Of a DNA stretch of 64,000 nucleotides, positions 48,037-57,283 are shown piece by piece. Source of the DNA: Aurantibacter sp. (GTDB lineage: Bacteria > Bacteroidota > Bacteroidia > Flavobacteriales > Flavobacteriaceae); contig CBDCEL010000002.1 of NCBI GenBank assembly GCA_965215845.1, positions 22,954-86,953 on the forward strand, in the 5' to 3' direction. Below the pieces are notes generated by a model. It was not told the DNA's origin, made no database searches, and saw only the letters and a program-made list of their open reading frames with translations. Position 1 is the stretch's first letter. Each line of letters opens with the position of its first letter. The position numbers and the translations under genes were made by a program.

Positions 48037-50571
48037 TCAGTCATCATCTATTGTTACTTGTAGTATTTTATTTCTTGTTTTTTCAATATCCATTATAATT
48101 ATTTCAGAAAGATTTAGCTGTTCAAAATTTGTTTCCAATATCCATTTTTTGCAATCGGCTTTTGACATTTTGGTTGAAGGGGTATACTCTGAAATGGTAA
48201 TAACAGAATTTCTGCTCAATCCTAATGATAATAGAGAGAGTTGAGATTCTTGGGAAACCCCAAATTCTAACCATAGATTTAAATCTGGTATTCCATCTAA
48301 CAAATCATTCCGGTTTATCTCTTTTAAATAAAATCTTAGTATATCAATATAGCAGCTCGATTCTTTGGCGAACCTGAATCTCGCAAAATTCTCTACCATT
48401 TCCATAATATTTCTGCATACACTATCTACTTTATAATATGCGCCTTTGGATTTATAATTGTTAATAGAACTAGTAATTATATAAGATAGTGGTTTACCTG
48501 ACATCCAATGGATCAGCACTATCGCCCGTGTAGGATTCATTTGAGGGAAAAAAGATGCCAATGTTTTACCGATTCTACCTATAAATTTCACATATTCGTC
48601 ATATGCATTTTCGTCTTCTGGATAGGCAGGAATTAAACTTTCAATCTCCGTTTTTTTCTCTTCAAAATAGTCTAGTAGTTCTTGCTGTGCAATTGGAGAA
48701 ATTCCTGGGTTTTTTAATATGATTTCATCAGGAATTTTAATTATTGGTTTTAATTCCTTAAAAAGACTTTTAAGGCTTATATGAAATTGGGTTTGCCCCA
48801 ACTTATTTTCTAAGAAACGAGAATAGTAATAACTAAATGCAAATTCATATTCTTGATTTCCTTCCGCTTCACTTCTTGGACTACCCTCTTGAATATATCT
48901 AATAAAGTCATCACTTTTGTTTTCTTCAAGTTCATTAAGTGCTTTAACAATTTTTTGTTTTTTCTTATCTGGACTTGGAGGAAAACCCCATTCTTTAGGT
49001 TGTATACAAACTATATTTCCACTAAACTCTTTTCCCCAACGCCCAGCTCTTCCTGCTAAGTTCCAAAAATCATTTTCATTTAATGGTTTATTCTTGCCGC
49101 GCGTTGGTTTTCTAATAAAAACTGCTGTGGCTGGAAGATTAACTCCTTCTAGAAGGGTCGATGTACATATTAGGTATTTTATTTTGTTTAACTTGAATAA
49201 TCTTTCGATTTCTTGTCGTATTAGCAAGGGCATATTTCCATAGTGAAATGCTATTTTCCGATTTAAAACTTTACCAAGTATATAATCATTATGAATTGTG
49301 TTTTTAACAAGTTTAATCAGCTCCTTTAATTCTTTGCACGGATTATCATCTTCGGAAAGTTCATAAACTATGTTCGCATATTTTTCGGACTCAGCTGCAC
49401 CATTGGCATAAATTAAGTTTCCAAATTTGTTTCTGGAGATGGCTTTTGATATAAGCGCTAACTTTCTAGATTCTGGTGTAGGTCTATCCGAAAGTTCAAC
49501 TATTCCAACTTCAATTGGTTTTTGCTTTGTAATTAGATTGATATACCATTTTGTGGGCTTTCTTCTTACTTGAGTTACGTATAACAAATTTTGATTGACT
49601 GCTACAAATTCTGTATTAATAGCCTTGTTTTTTTTTCCAAGGGATAAATTTTCAAATAGCACCTCAGGGTTTGACGTAAAAGGACTTGAAAAGTATACTT
49701 TCACATCTGGATTTAAATCAATTACATCTTCGATTTTTCTTTGTAGAAGAATACCTCTATTATTATTGTCAATCTTATGTGCTTCATCTATAAGAAGGAA
49801 ATCAATTCTCCTGTCCGTACTTTGCATTAAATACCAGTGCAATCTTTCTTGAGTAAATACAAAAAGGTTGGACTGATCTGAAATCTCATTTTGTAACGGA
49901 ACTGTAGTCAGGTTAATATCTGAAATTTCGTTCTGTATCATTAATTCCGTCAAATCTTCTTCAACTTGACTTATGAGCGCCCTTGTAGGTACTATATATA
50001 CGATGTTCTTATTTCGACTTTTTAGTTCTTCAATTAATAACTGATAAAGGATAAATGATTTACCTGCCGAAGTTGGAGCGGAAATACTAATTGCAGAATT
50101 GGCTCTTGACGCATCATATACCTCTTTTTGAAACCGATTTAATGAAACGATTGAATCATTTATGATAATAGAATTTCTTACCCTAGTTTGATTATTCATT
50201 AGTTTGAAAGGAAGAGGTAAATTTGAAGCATAGTCTTCACTAAGCAAATTCCTTTTAATGGCAAGTCTAATTGAAATTTGATTTGTCAAGGTTTCAAGAA
50301 TTATTGCTGCTCCAGATTTTTGTGTGTCAGTAGTGTTGCAAATCAAACATGTTTGAGCAATCCTAAGAGAAGCATCAAGGTGTGTGCTATTAGATGATTG
50401 GCATAAAACACTTCCAATACTTAATACATTATTCCAATTTATTTCTTTTAATAAATCGTCTCTGTTGATATCCCAAATCAGATTTGGAATTGTATCACCA
50501 ACTGAGATCTTGAGTATTGCTTCATATTGTTTTTGAAAGCTATTCAGATTATATAATTTGTCAAAAATCAT
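48037..50571 (-). CDS. SF2 DEAH-box helicase (HamB-like, 844 aa)
   Basis: Motif I APTSAGKSF, motif II LLIDEAHKI, motif VI NLAGRAGRWG. Its ATG overlaps the upstream stop (ATGA). Confidence 0.85.
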   Translation of the reverse strand: MIFDKLYNLNSFQKQYEAILKISVGDTIPNLIWDINRDDLLKEINWNNVLSIGSVLCQSSNSTHLDASLRIAQTCLICNTTDTQKSGAAIILETLTNQISIRLAIKRNLLSEDYASNLPLPFKLMNNQTRVRNSIIINDSIVSLNRFQKEVYDASRANSAISISAPTSAGKSFILYQLLIEELKSRNKNIVYIVPTRALISQVEEDLTELMIQNEISDINLTTVPLQNEISDQSNLFVFTQERLHWYLMQSTDRRIDFLLIDEAHKIDNNNRGILLQRKIEDVIDLNPDVKVYFSSPFTSNPEVLFENLSLGKKNKAINTEFVAVNQNLLYVTQVRRKPTKWYINLITKQKPIEVGIVELSDRPTPESRKLALISKAISRNKFGNLIYANGAAESEKYANIVYELSEDDNPCKELKELIKLVKNTIHNDYILGKVLNRKIAFHYGNMPLLIRQEIERLFKLNKIKYLICTSTLLEGVNLPATAVFIRKPTRGKNKPLNENDFWNLAGRAGRWGKEFSGNIVCIQPKEWGFPPSPDKKKQKIVKALNELEENKSDDFIRYIQEGSPRSEAEGNQEYEFAFSYYYSRFLENKLGQTQFHISLKSLFKELKPIIKIPDEIILKNPGISPIAQQELLDYFEEKKTEIESLIPAYPEDENAYDEYVKFIGRIGKTLASFFPQMNPTRAIVLIHWMSGKPLSYIITSSINNYKSKGAYYKVDSVCRNIMEMVENFARFRFAKESSCYIDILRFYLKEINRNDLLDGIPDLNLWLEFGVSQESQLSLLSLGLSRNSVITISEYTPSTKMSKADCKKWILETNFEQLNLSEIIIMDIEKTRNKILQVTIDDD

Positions 50572-51530
50572 TTCCCCAGCATCTTTAAGAAATGATCTCT
50601 AAATTCTTGCACAGATGGAAATGGAATAATGAATACGTGAATTTCGAATTTTTCCAAGCTAACATGTGATTTAATGTGCTTACCGGTGGTTTTTAACCAA
50701 TTTGCAATTTTATCCCGAAATGATGTTGCTAGGTCTGATGTCACCTTTTCTAATGGTTGACTTGGATATTCGTCATCGTCAAACCCTACGAAACAAACAC
50801 CTTTGTAATTTAGCTTGTTGGAAAGGTCATCATCTAGGTCGAAATATCTAACTAATATTTTTTCCAAATCCGGATTGTTCGTGTTGTCGAGTAGATTCGT
50901 TGAGATTAGATGTAGGTCTCTTGTTTGTGTACTGTCATGTCCTTTAGCATCTAAAAGGAATCCTTGAAGACTTTCGAAACAATGTTTTAATGCATTATTT
51001 GCAGTTTGCTCCATTTTAGATTCCCCCCAGTAAAGGGATAAGCTATCATCTTCCTCTTCATATTTTACATGAATTCCATCTGCACCTTGGTAATGTAGTT
51101 TTCCAGATGTTTTCAGAGTCATTTTGCTAATAAGCTGGGGCAACTTTAGTATTTCTTGTACCAGTATATAAAGTAGCATTTCTCCAAATTCACCTGTCTT
51201 CTCTAGGTCAACAAAAAGCTCCTTTGCTCTTCTTTCAAGTTCTAATATTTTACTTGACGAACCTGTTCTTTCCAAGAATCCTCTGGCTTCGTCTTGATGC
51301 TTTTTGGGTAATGAATAATCAACTATTTTTGTAAGAACAAATTCAATAAGGTCTTTTGTCCTGGGCTTTCCATCAGCATCTAATTTTAAACAATAACAAT
51401 AGCCTTTTGCCTCAGTATCCTCAATTTCAAGTTCTACTTCTATTTTCTCAAGTCGGGAAAATATTTGACCTTCACCATCAACGAGAAGGAGCTTAATTGC
51501 GTCATGTATCCATTTACTTCTATCTTTCAA
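50568..51530 (-). CDS. DUF1837-like protein (HamA-like, 320 aa)
   Basis: KTGEFGEMLLYILV...KTSGKLHYQGADGIHVKY...LYWGESKM gives a D...ExK nuclease-like core resembling DUF1837. Translationally coupled to the helicase. Confidence 0.6.
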   Translation of the reverse strand: MKDRSKWIHDAIKLLLVDGEGQIFSRLEKIEVELEIEDTEAKGYCYCLKLDADGKPRTKDLIEFVLTKIVDYSLPKKHQDEARGFLERTGSSSKILELERRAKELFVDLEKTGEFGEMLLYILVQEILKLPQLISKMTLKTSGKLHYQGADGIHVKYEEEDDSLSLYWGESKMEQTANNALKHCFESLQGFLLDAKGHDSTQTRDLHLISTNLLDNTNNPDLEKILVRYFDLDDDLSNKLNYKGVCFVGFDDDEYPSQPLEKVTSDLATSFRDKIANWLKTTGKHIKSHVSLEKFEIHVFIIPFPSVQEFRDHFLKMLGK

Positions 51531-51614
51531 TCTTTTTATTTTACAAATAGCTTTTATATAGATGAAAAATGCATTTATTTACTAAGATAAAAAGGATAAA
51601 ATAGATGTGTCCGT

Positions 51615-52222
51615 TCATCTTTTATCGGGTCTCAACTTTCCTGAAAGCCCATTATACCTCAAATATTTGTAGTAGGTTGCTCTTGAAATATCCAACCGCC
51701 CACAAATCTCAGAAACCGGCAATTTACCCTCTTTAAAGTAATCCTTACAAGATACGGCTATCTGTTGATTTTTCTTACTAATACCTTTTAGAGCTCCTAA
51801 AACTTGTCCACGACGGCGTACAGATTCTAAGCCCGCCTTGGTCGGTTCAATAATGATGTCCCGTTCCAATTGGGCCAGAGCAGCGAAAATGTTGATGATA
51901 AACTCCGATTGAGAGGATTTTTTGGTGGTATCAATAAAAGACTCTATAATACTTCTAAATTTTACACCTTTTTCATCAAGTTCAGACATTAACTTGGTAA
52001 AATGAATTAGGCTTCTAACCAGCCTGTCCAATTTCCAAACTACTATGGTATCACCCTCCCAGAAATAATCTAAAAGTTTACTCAGATTTTTTCGCTCTTC
52101 TTTGGTGCTCGAAACCTTGTCCGTATAAATGTTGTTTTCTTTGATTCCTTCTTTTAGAAGGCATCAATTTGAAGATCTAAATTCTGTTCGTTGGTACTTA
52201 CTCGCGCATATCCAAATATCAT
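51615..52222 (-). CDS. Serine recombinase (resolvase/invertase family); apparent frameshift near 52150-52165
   Basis: Hand-translated N-terminus MIFGYARVSTNEQNLDLQIDA (catalytic Ser motif). The next frame continues LKEGIKENNIYTDKVSSTKEERKNLSKLLDYFWEGDTIVVWKLDRLVRSL into the 138-aa track ORF, which ends in an HTH (ISRATYYKYL). Confidence 0.8.
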
Positions 52223-52568
52223 GACCTTAAAGTTTAATTAAAGGTCAAAATAGAAACGAATTAATTAGTACGGGAAAATGAACTTTGCGAAATTAGTGAA
52301 CTCGAGAAATGTCAATAGTTCACAAAAACGGTAGATTTGGTAAACCCATTTAATTTTATAAAAGACGCCTTTAAGGGGTTATGAAAAACGACGGACAGAG
52401 GAACTGTGATTTAAAGAACCAAACTTCCATTAGATAGCATCGCAACCAGCAATGCTATCGGGGTTGAATATTGGTCAAGAATTGTTTTATGGCATCAATA
52501 TAAAAGATATGTGACTATCGTTATTAAAAAGATTGGTTTTTGTTACTTTTAGTAAACTATATTTGTCT

Positions 52569-52592
52569 AAATGTAAAAAATATTTTACATTT
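52569..52592. promoter_or_regulatory. Palindrome AAATGTAAAA-AATA-TTTTACATTT, a candidate operator
   Basis: Perfect 10-bp arms, 36 nt upstream of the 52628 start of the membrane-protein/XRE operon. Confidence 0.5.
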
Positions 52593-52627
52593 GATTTATT
52601 CTAACTACTAACGTAAAGATTACGGTC

Positions 52628-53101
52628 ATGCGCACAAATTATTTATTGCCCAATAAATACAAGATCATTGGATGGATAATGTTTATTTCCGGAATTGTTT
52701 CTGGAATTACGGTATATTTCATTCCATTCAAAACTGAACCTCTTAAAATGAAAGTTTTGTCAATTCTCAATGACTTCGCGGCAGGCCCAAATGAAATGGA
52801 GTACTTCAAAATTATTGAAAGTGGTATTGCCTTTGAATTAATCCTTCTTGCCATCATTTTTGGAGGATTGATTGTTTGTTTTTCTAAAGAAAAAGTAGAA
52901 GATGAGTTTATTTATAAACTCAGAAATGACTCTTTGGTCTGGGCAATAATTTTTAACTATAGCGTGCTGATCGTACTAATTCTATTTATCCACAATTTTA
53001 CTTTTATGCATGTTTTGGTCCTCAATATCTTCACTCCATTGATATTCTTCATCGTCCGTTTTAATTTTTTGAAAATGAAATACGAAAGTCATGAAGAATA
53101 A
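52628..53101 (+). CDS. Small multi-pass membrane protein (DUF2975-like context)
   Basis: Four hydrophobic helices. Overlaps the downstream XRE gene by 11 nt. Confidence 0.6.
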   Translation: MRTNYLLPNKYKIIGWIMFISGIVSGITVYFIPFKTEPLKMKVLSILNDFAAGPNEMEYFKIIESGIAFELILLAIIFGGLIVCFSKEKVEDEFIYKLRNDSLVWAIIFNYSVLIVLILFIHNFTFMHVLVLNIFTPLIFFIVRFNFLKMKYESHEE

Positions 53102-53291
53102 TATAAAAGTACAGCGGGCAATTCATGATATGACACAGGCGGATTTGGCGAAAAAAATTGGAGTTAGTAGGCAAACTATAAATGCCATGGAAAAAAATAA
53201 ATATGTGCCATCTACAGTGTTGTCGCTAAAAATTGCAAGACTCTTTAAAAAGCCCGTTGAAGATATTTTCTTTTTGGATGATCAGGATTGA
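53091..53291 (+). CDS. XRE-family HTH transcriptional regulator (YozG-like, 66 aa)
   Basis: MTQADLAKKIGVSRQTINAMEKNKYVPS is a classic Cro/C1 HTH. Confidence 0.88.
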   Translation: MKNNIKVQRAIHDMTQADLAKKIGVSRQTINAMEKNKYVPSTVLSLKIARLFKKPVEDIFFLDDQD

Positions 53292-53525
53292 TAAAAACTT
53301 GCTATCTATTGGAACATATATCAAAACTCCATCATATTCCAACACTTTCCATTTGTTTTGGATGCTTTAATTTGGATGACCTCGAGTGGTGATTTCTAGA
53401 GAAGCTCTTTTTACATAGATTGTACACGTGAATATGCGGCCAATACAAACAATAATATTTGAGCTTTAATTGTTTAATAGGTAGGATGCCTGTCAATTGA
53501 TATATCCAATTTATAACCGTACACT

Positions 53526-55019
53526 ATGTCAAAGATGAAAGCACGGAACATCTTAACGATATTAATATTGTTGGGGCTTACGGCTTGTTCCAAAAAGGAA
53601 TATGGAATAATAATAAATGGTAAGATAGCCGGAAATAACCCTGAAAAAATAGAGTATACAACACCAATTAACGGAAACTGGTTTTATGGTCATAAAGAGT
53701 TTACATCGACGGACTCCCTAGGGATATTCCAAATTAAAATGAACATTGAAGAACCGTCGTTCGCAACCATTTATATTCCCGGAAAAGCCAGTTGTGTGCT
53801 GTTGCTGGAACCTGGCAAAACATATGACATCGACCTGGAAACCGACCAAAACAAGTTTGTTGTCCACTCCCCGGACAGTATTGCACAAAACTTCTATAAT
53901 ACTTTGCCCGCTCCCGATTTTAATCTTTTCGGTTTAATGGAGTTTAGCAACGATTCAATACCCTCGCTAATATCTTCCAAAATAGCCGAACTTAAAGAAA
54001 GGGAGGTTTCGATGTTCGACGAATTACTGCAAAAGAATGATATTTCAAAAGACTTTTATGAACTGGCAATCTTGGACAGAAAGGTTTACTATTCTGCTCT
54101 TGAGGCCGGTGCGGCAACACTGCTCTTAAATAGGTTTCTGGATAAAAAGCATATAGGAAAAGTTAAAGAATTAAGAACCTTTTGGGACGAAAACATTGGA
54201 ATATCCAAAACGACCCAACAGGGTTACGATCGTTCTCCTTGGTTTTATGCTTTCGTAAATAATGCAATATGGTATCACCGTTACTCTTCAAGGAAACCTG
54301 ATTCGGAAGATATGCCATTGATGGAAGATTTTGTTGAAAAGTTGCATTATAACATTGATGCGCCGAAAAAATATCTTGAGGGGAAGGAACTTGAATATTA
54401 TTTGGCTTCCTATATTTTCTTCGAAATATGGTCATCCAAAGACAATTCAAAAGAATTGATCGAACTCTATGAAGATTTCAAAAGTGAATACCCAAATGGT
54501 CTTTACAATGGATATCTAACTTCTGCCATAAGACCGATTATCGATTATCACGAAAAACTGGAAACTGCCCCTACAAATGAAAAGGTACGACTGGTGAAAG
54601 GCCAAGAAAATATCGATACTTTCGATGAGCTGATAAAACTGTTTCATGGGAAGAAGGTTTTTATTGATATATGGGGAACGTGGTGCGCTCCATGCAAAAG
54701 AGAGTTCGAGCACAAAGATGCGTTGGACAAACTTTTAGAATCGAGGGATATTGCAAAACTCTATATTTGTGAAGGACGGAGCAGCAAGAAAAAGGCGTGG
54801 AAAGAAATGATAAGATTCTACGATTTAGAAGGTTATCATCTAATGACAAACGAAAAACTTAATAGAGATATAATTGACAGATTTGGCAATAACGGACGAT
54901 TTGCCTACCCCAGATATCTTTTACTTGACGAAAATGGAAAAGTCGTTAATCCTGAAACAAGTTATCCATCAAATATCGCGCAACTAGAAAAGGAAATAAA
55001 TGAAAGTTATCAATGGTAA
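53526..55019 (+). CDS. Lipoprotein with a C-terminal TlpA/thioredoxin-like domain
   Basis: Lipobox LLGLTAC. CxxC active site in FIDIWGTWCAPCKREF. Confidence 0.8.
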   Translation: MSKMKARNILTILILLGLTACSKKEYGIIINGKIAGNNPEKIEYTTPINGNWFYGHKEFTSTDSLGIFQIKMNIEEPSFATIYIPGKASCVLLLEPGKTYDIDLETDQNKFVVHSPDSIAQNFYNTLPAPDFNLFGLMEFSNDSIPSLISSKIAELKEREVSMFDELLQKNDISKDFYELAILDRKVYYSALEAGAATLLLNRFLDKKHIGKVKELRTFWDENIGISKTTQQGYDRSPWFYAFVNNAIWYHRYSSRKPDSEDMPLMEDFVEKLHYNIDAPKKYLEGKELEYYLASYIFFEIWSSKDNSKELIELYEDFKSEYPNGLYNGYLTSAIRPIIDYHEKLETAPTNEKVRLVKGQENIDTFDELIKLFHGKKVFIDIWGTWCAPCKREFEHKDALDKLLESRDIAKLYICEGRSSKKKAWKEMIRFYDLEGYHLMTNEKLNRDIIDRFGNNGRFAYPRYLLLDENGKVVNPETSYPSNIAQLEKEINESYQW

Positions 55020-55177
55020 AAGTCGTAATAATTGATAGCCCATTGACCATTGATGATTGTGATGTTGAAGGTTACAGAAACCCATTCTCTCACTTGATTT
55101 AATAGGCATAATTAACCCCACGTTAAATTATTCTTTTAGTAACAAATGGGAATTATGTTAGGTAATGCAGAATTAAT

Positions 55178-56365
55178 TTATTGCGCAATGATTGGTCCTT
55201 TAAGAGTTGGATATTTTAATGTGGCCCTTAATAAATGGTAGCCTTCTTCTCCGGGTCCTTTGCCATATTTTGTGGTTATTTGCACGTATCCTATGATCGT
55301 ACCGTCATCCTTTTTACAAATATCAACAAACTTGACGCCCAAATTTTCTCCTGAGGAAATGTTTTTGTTTACCGCAATTATTTTATTGTTCAGAACATAA
55401 TCATTTGATTTATAAAGTAAAAGATGGTCATTATCTGAATCTGAATCTTCCGATGCATTCTTGTCTAATGCTGTTACGACATTTCTAATTTTCAATTCTT
55501 CAATATTTAATACAAGGTGATCTAAATAATTGTTGTTCGGATTATATTCAAATGCAATTTTGAATCGAGAGGTTAATGGCGGAGCTGCCCATGGTCTCCA
55601 TTCAAGTGTTTGTGTCTCATCAAAAACGAAATCTTCAATTATATCAAACCTGTTTGAGTCATCTTGAATACCAAACAAATAAAAGGTGTCTTGATTTCGT
55701 TCTTTATCCCTCCACCAAATTAATTCACAGGGATGTATTTCAGGACGCCAATCATGTCCGCTATCCAAGACCCATGGACCATAGACACAAATATCTCGAC
55801 CTTCTAAGGGTGAATCGGGAGTATGTTTTTCCATCATTCTTGTCCTGGGATTCCATCGATTCTCTTGTTTGGGAAACCAAAAGTTATTATATAGATGCTC
55901 GTCCGGTGTGATTTCTGCCTGGAAACAATCTTCATAAGTGCCACTGGTTTCGCATCTCTTCCATTCAGTGGTGTCAATAGCCCGACTTTTGGGATCTTCA
56001 ATAATATATTTAAAATCTGTGTTTGGAACTATATTAAGGTTCCAATCATATTCATCTCCTATGGGATTATGAACAATATAATTATGAAGTTTCCCATTTA
56101 CAGCCATTTTCAAACCATTTACTGGTGACCACTTGTCTGGCCAAGCAATGTCGTTATCTTTGGCAACAATATATTGAATTCCCTCATTTTCCGGATCATA
56201 CCCATGTACCCCTTCTGTTTTCCTTTTCGTAAACTCAAAAAAAGCTATTTGTTCAGAAGTACAGGTTGGTATTTCAGAATCTTTAATTATTGTGTTTTTA
56301 GGCGTTGAGCATGATAAACATAAAATTATCAACCAAAAACCTATATTGCAGACACAGTTTTTCAT
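55178..56365 (-). CDS. Hypothetical Trp/Cys-rich lipoprotein (395 aa)
   Basis: Signal/lipobox WLIILCLSCS. No motif recognised. Confidence 0.5.
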   Translation of the reverse strand: MKNCVCNIGFWLIILCLSCSTPKNTIIKDSEIPTCTSEQIAFFEFTKRKTEGVHGYDPENEGIQYIVAKDNDIAWPDKWSPVNGLKMAVNGKLHNYIVHNPIGDEYDWNLNIVPNTDFKYIIEDPKSRAIDTTEWKRCETSGTYEDCFQAEITPDEHLYNNFWFPKQENRWNPRTRMMEKHTPDSPLEGRDICVYGPWVLDSGHDWRPEIHPCELIWWRDKERNQDTFYLFGIQDDSNRFDIIEDFVFDETQTLEWRPWAAPPLTSRFKIAFEYNPNNNYLDHLVLNIEELKIRNVVTALDKNASEDSDSDNDHLLLYKSNDYVLNNKIIAVNKNISSGENLGVKFVDICKKDDGTIIGYVQITTKYGKGPGEEGYHLLRATLKYPTLKGPIIAQ

Positions 56366-56542
56366 AATTATTATTGATTAAAATGTATTTTTTATAGCGA
56401 CTTCAAATATTCTCAGAACTTGATGATTTGTTGTTTTTAAGATAGTCAAATAATTTTTTGTAAACACCGTTTTGCTAAAAGGATTCCCAGGTTTTATTAA
56501 ACTTTATTTGCCGACGGTTACTTAGTCAGATAGATCTAAAGA

Positions 56543-56881
56543 TTATCCAGTTCCATGCTTAGAATAGTGGTCAATATGAAACTGCTTCAATGGAAAAGAA
56601 AATCGATAATCGTGTTCCGGTTCATCAGTAAATCCAAATAACATCAACCCTCTACAAAACTGGGCGTCGTATTTATACATGACCGTTCGATACCCGGCCG
56701 CGGAGATAACCATGGTACAGTTCTGGATTACGTCATCTGTCCATTGCATTTTTTGGTCGTCAAGAGCCATATGAATATACTTTGTAATACCATCGGGCAG
56801 GTATTCGTTCATAACAAGTCCCTCTATCAGATCCAGTTTCCGCATGCCAATATAAACAGTGCGAACGTCCCTGTTCTTCAT
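56543..56881 (-). CDS. Hypothetical protein (112 aa from the ATG at 56881)
   Basis: Its ATG overlaps the TGA of the upstream 86-aa ORF (ATGA), indicating coupling rather than a frameshift. Confidence 0.5.
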   Translation of the reverse strand: MKNRDVRTVYIGMRKLDLIEGLVMNEYLPDGITKYIHMALDDQKMQWTDDVIQNCTMVISAAGYRTVMYKYDAQFCRGLMLFGFTDEPEHDYRFSFPLKQFHIDHYSKHGTG

Positions 56882-57138
56882 TGGCGAAGTTTTACCCTTA
56901 CCCACCCGGTCTCCGGCAGCTCATAGCGATCCAATTTCATTACCTTTTTTTCGCCATCATTATATCGGTACACTAAAAATGTGCAGTGATCGTTCGCCTC
57001 GATGTGAAAGTTGCCCAGACGTTTCGGAAAGGAATAGAATTTTAGTTCACATTCTTGACGTAAGGTATGTTCACCGATTTCCTTCAGTAGGTTCTTGATA
57101 CCGTAACGGTCAAAATTTCTGAAAACAATGCTCCTCAA
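56878..57138 (-). CDS. Hypothetical protein (about 86 aa; TTG start uncertain)
   Basis: ORF directly downstream of traN. The frame stays open upstream to 57211, but no ATG or GTG start is available there. Confidence 0.45.
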   Translation of the reverse strand: MRSIVFRNFDRYGIKNLLKEIGEHTLRQECELKFYSFPKRLGNFHIEANDHCTFLVYRYNDGEKKVMKLDRYELPETGWVRVKLRQ

Positions 57139-57283
57139 AACAATGGATTTTTTCCGAAAATATGGAAAAAATCCAAATACGATATATCGGAACCTGGATT
57201 TTTTGACTTTAACACTTTTAGTTGTATAACAGGTTTGGATTAATCCTGTTAAAATGGGTTTCTGTTGGAAATGATGGACTTTA

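Noticed and set aside
56543-57138. Single tra gene split by a frameshift.
   Set aside because: The junction is a clean ATGA stop/start overlap. The alternative GTG extension of the second ORF adds only 8 residues with no continuity of sequence character.
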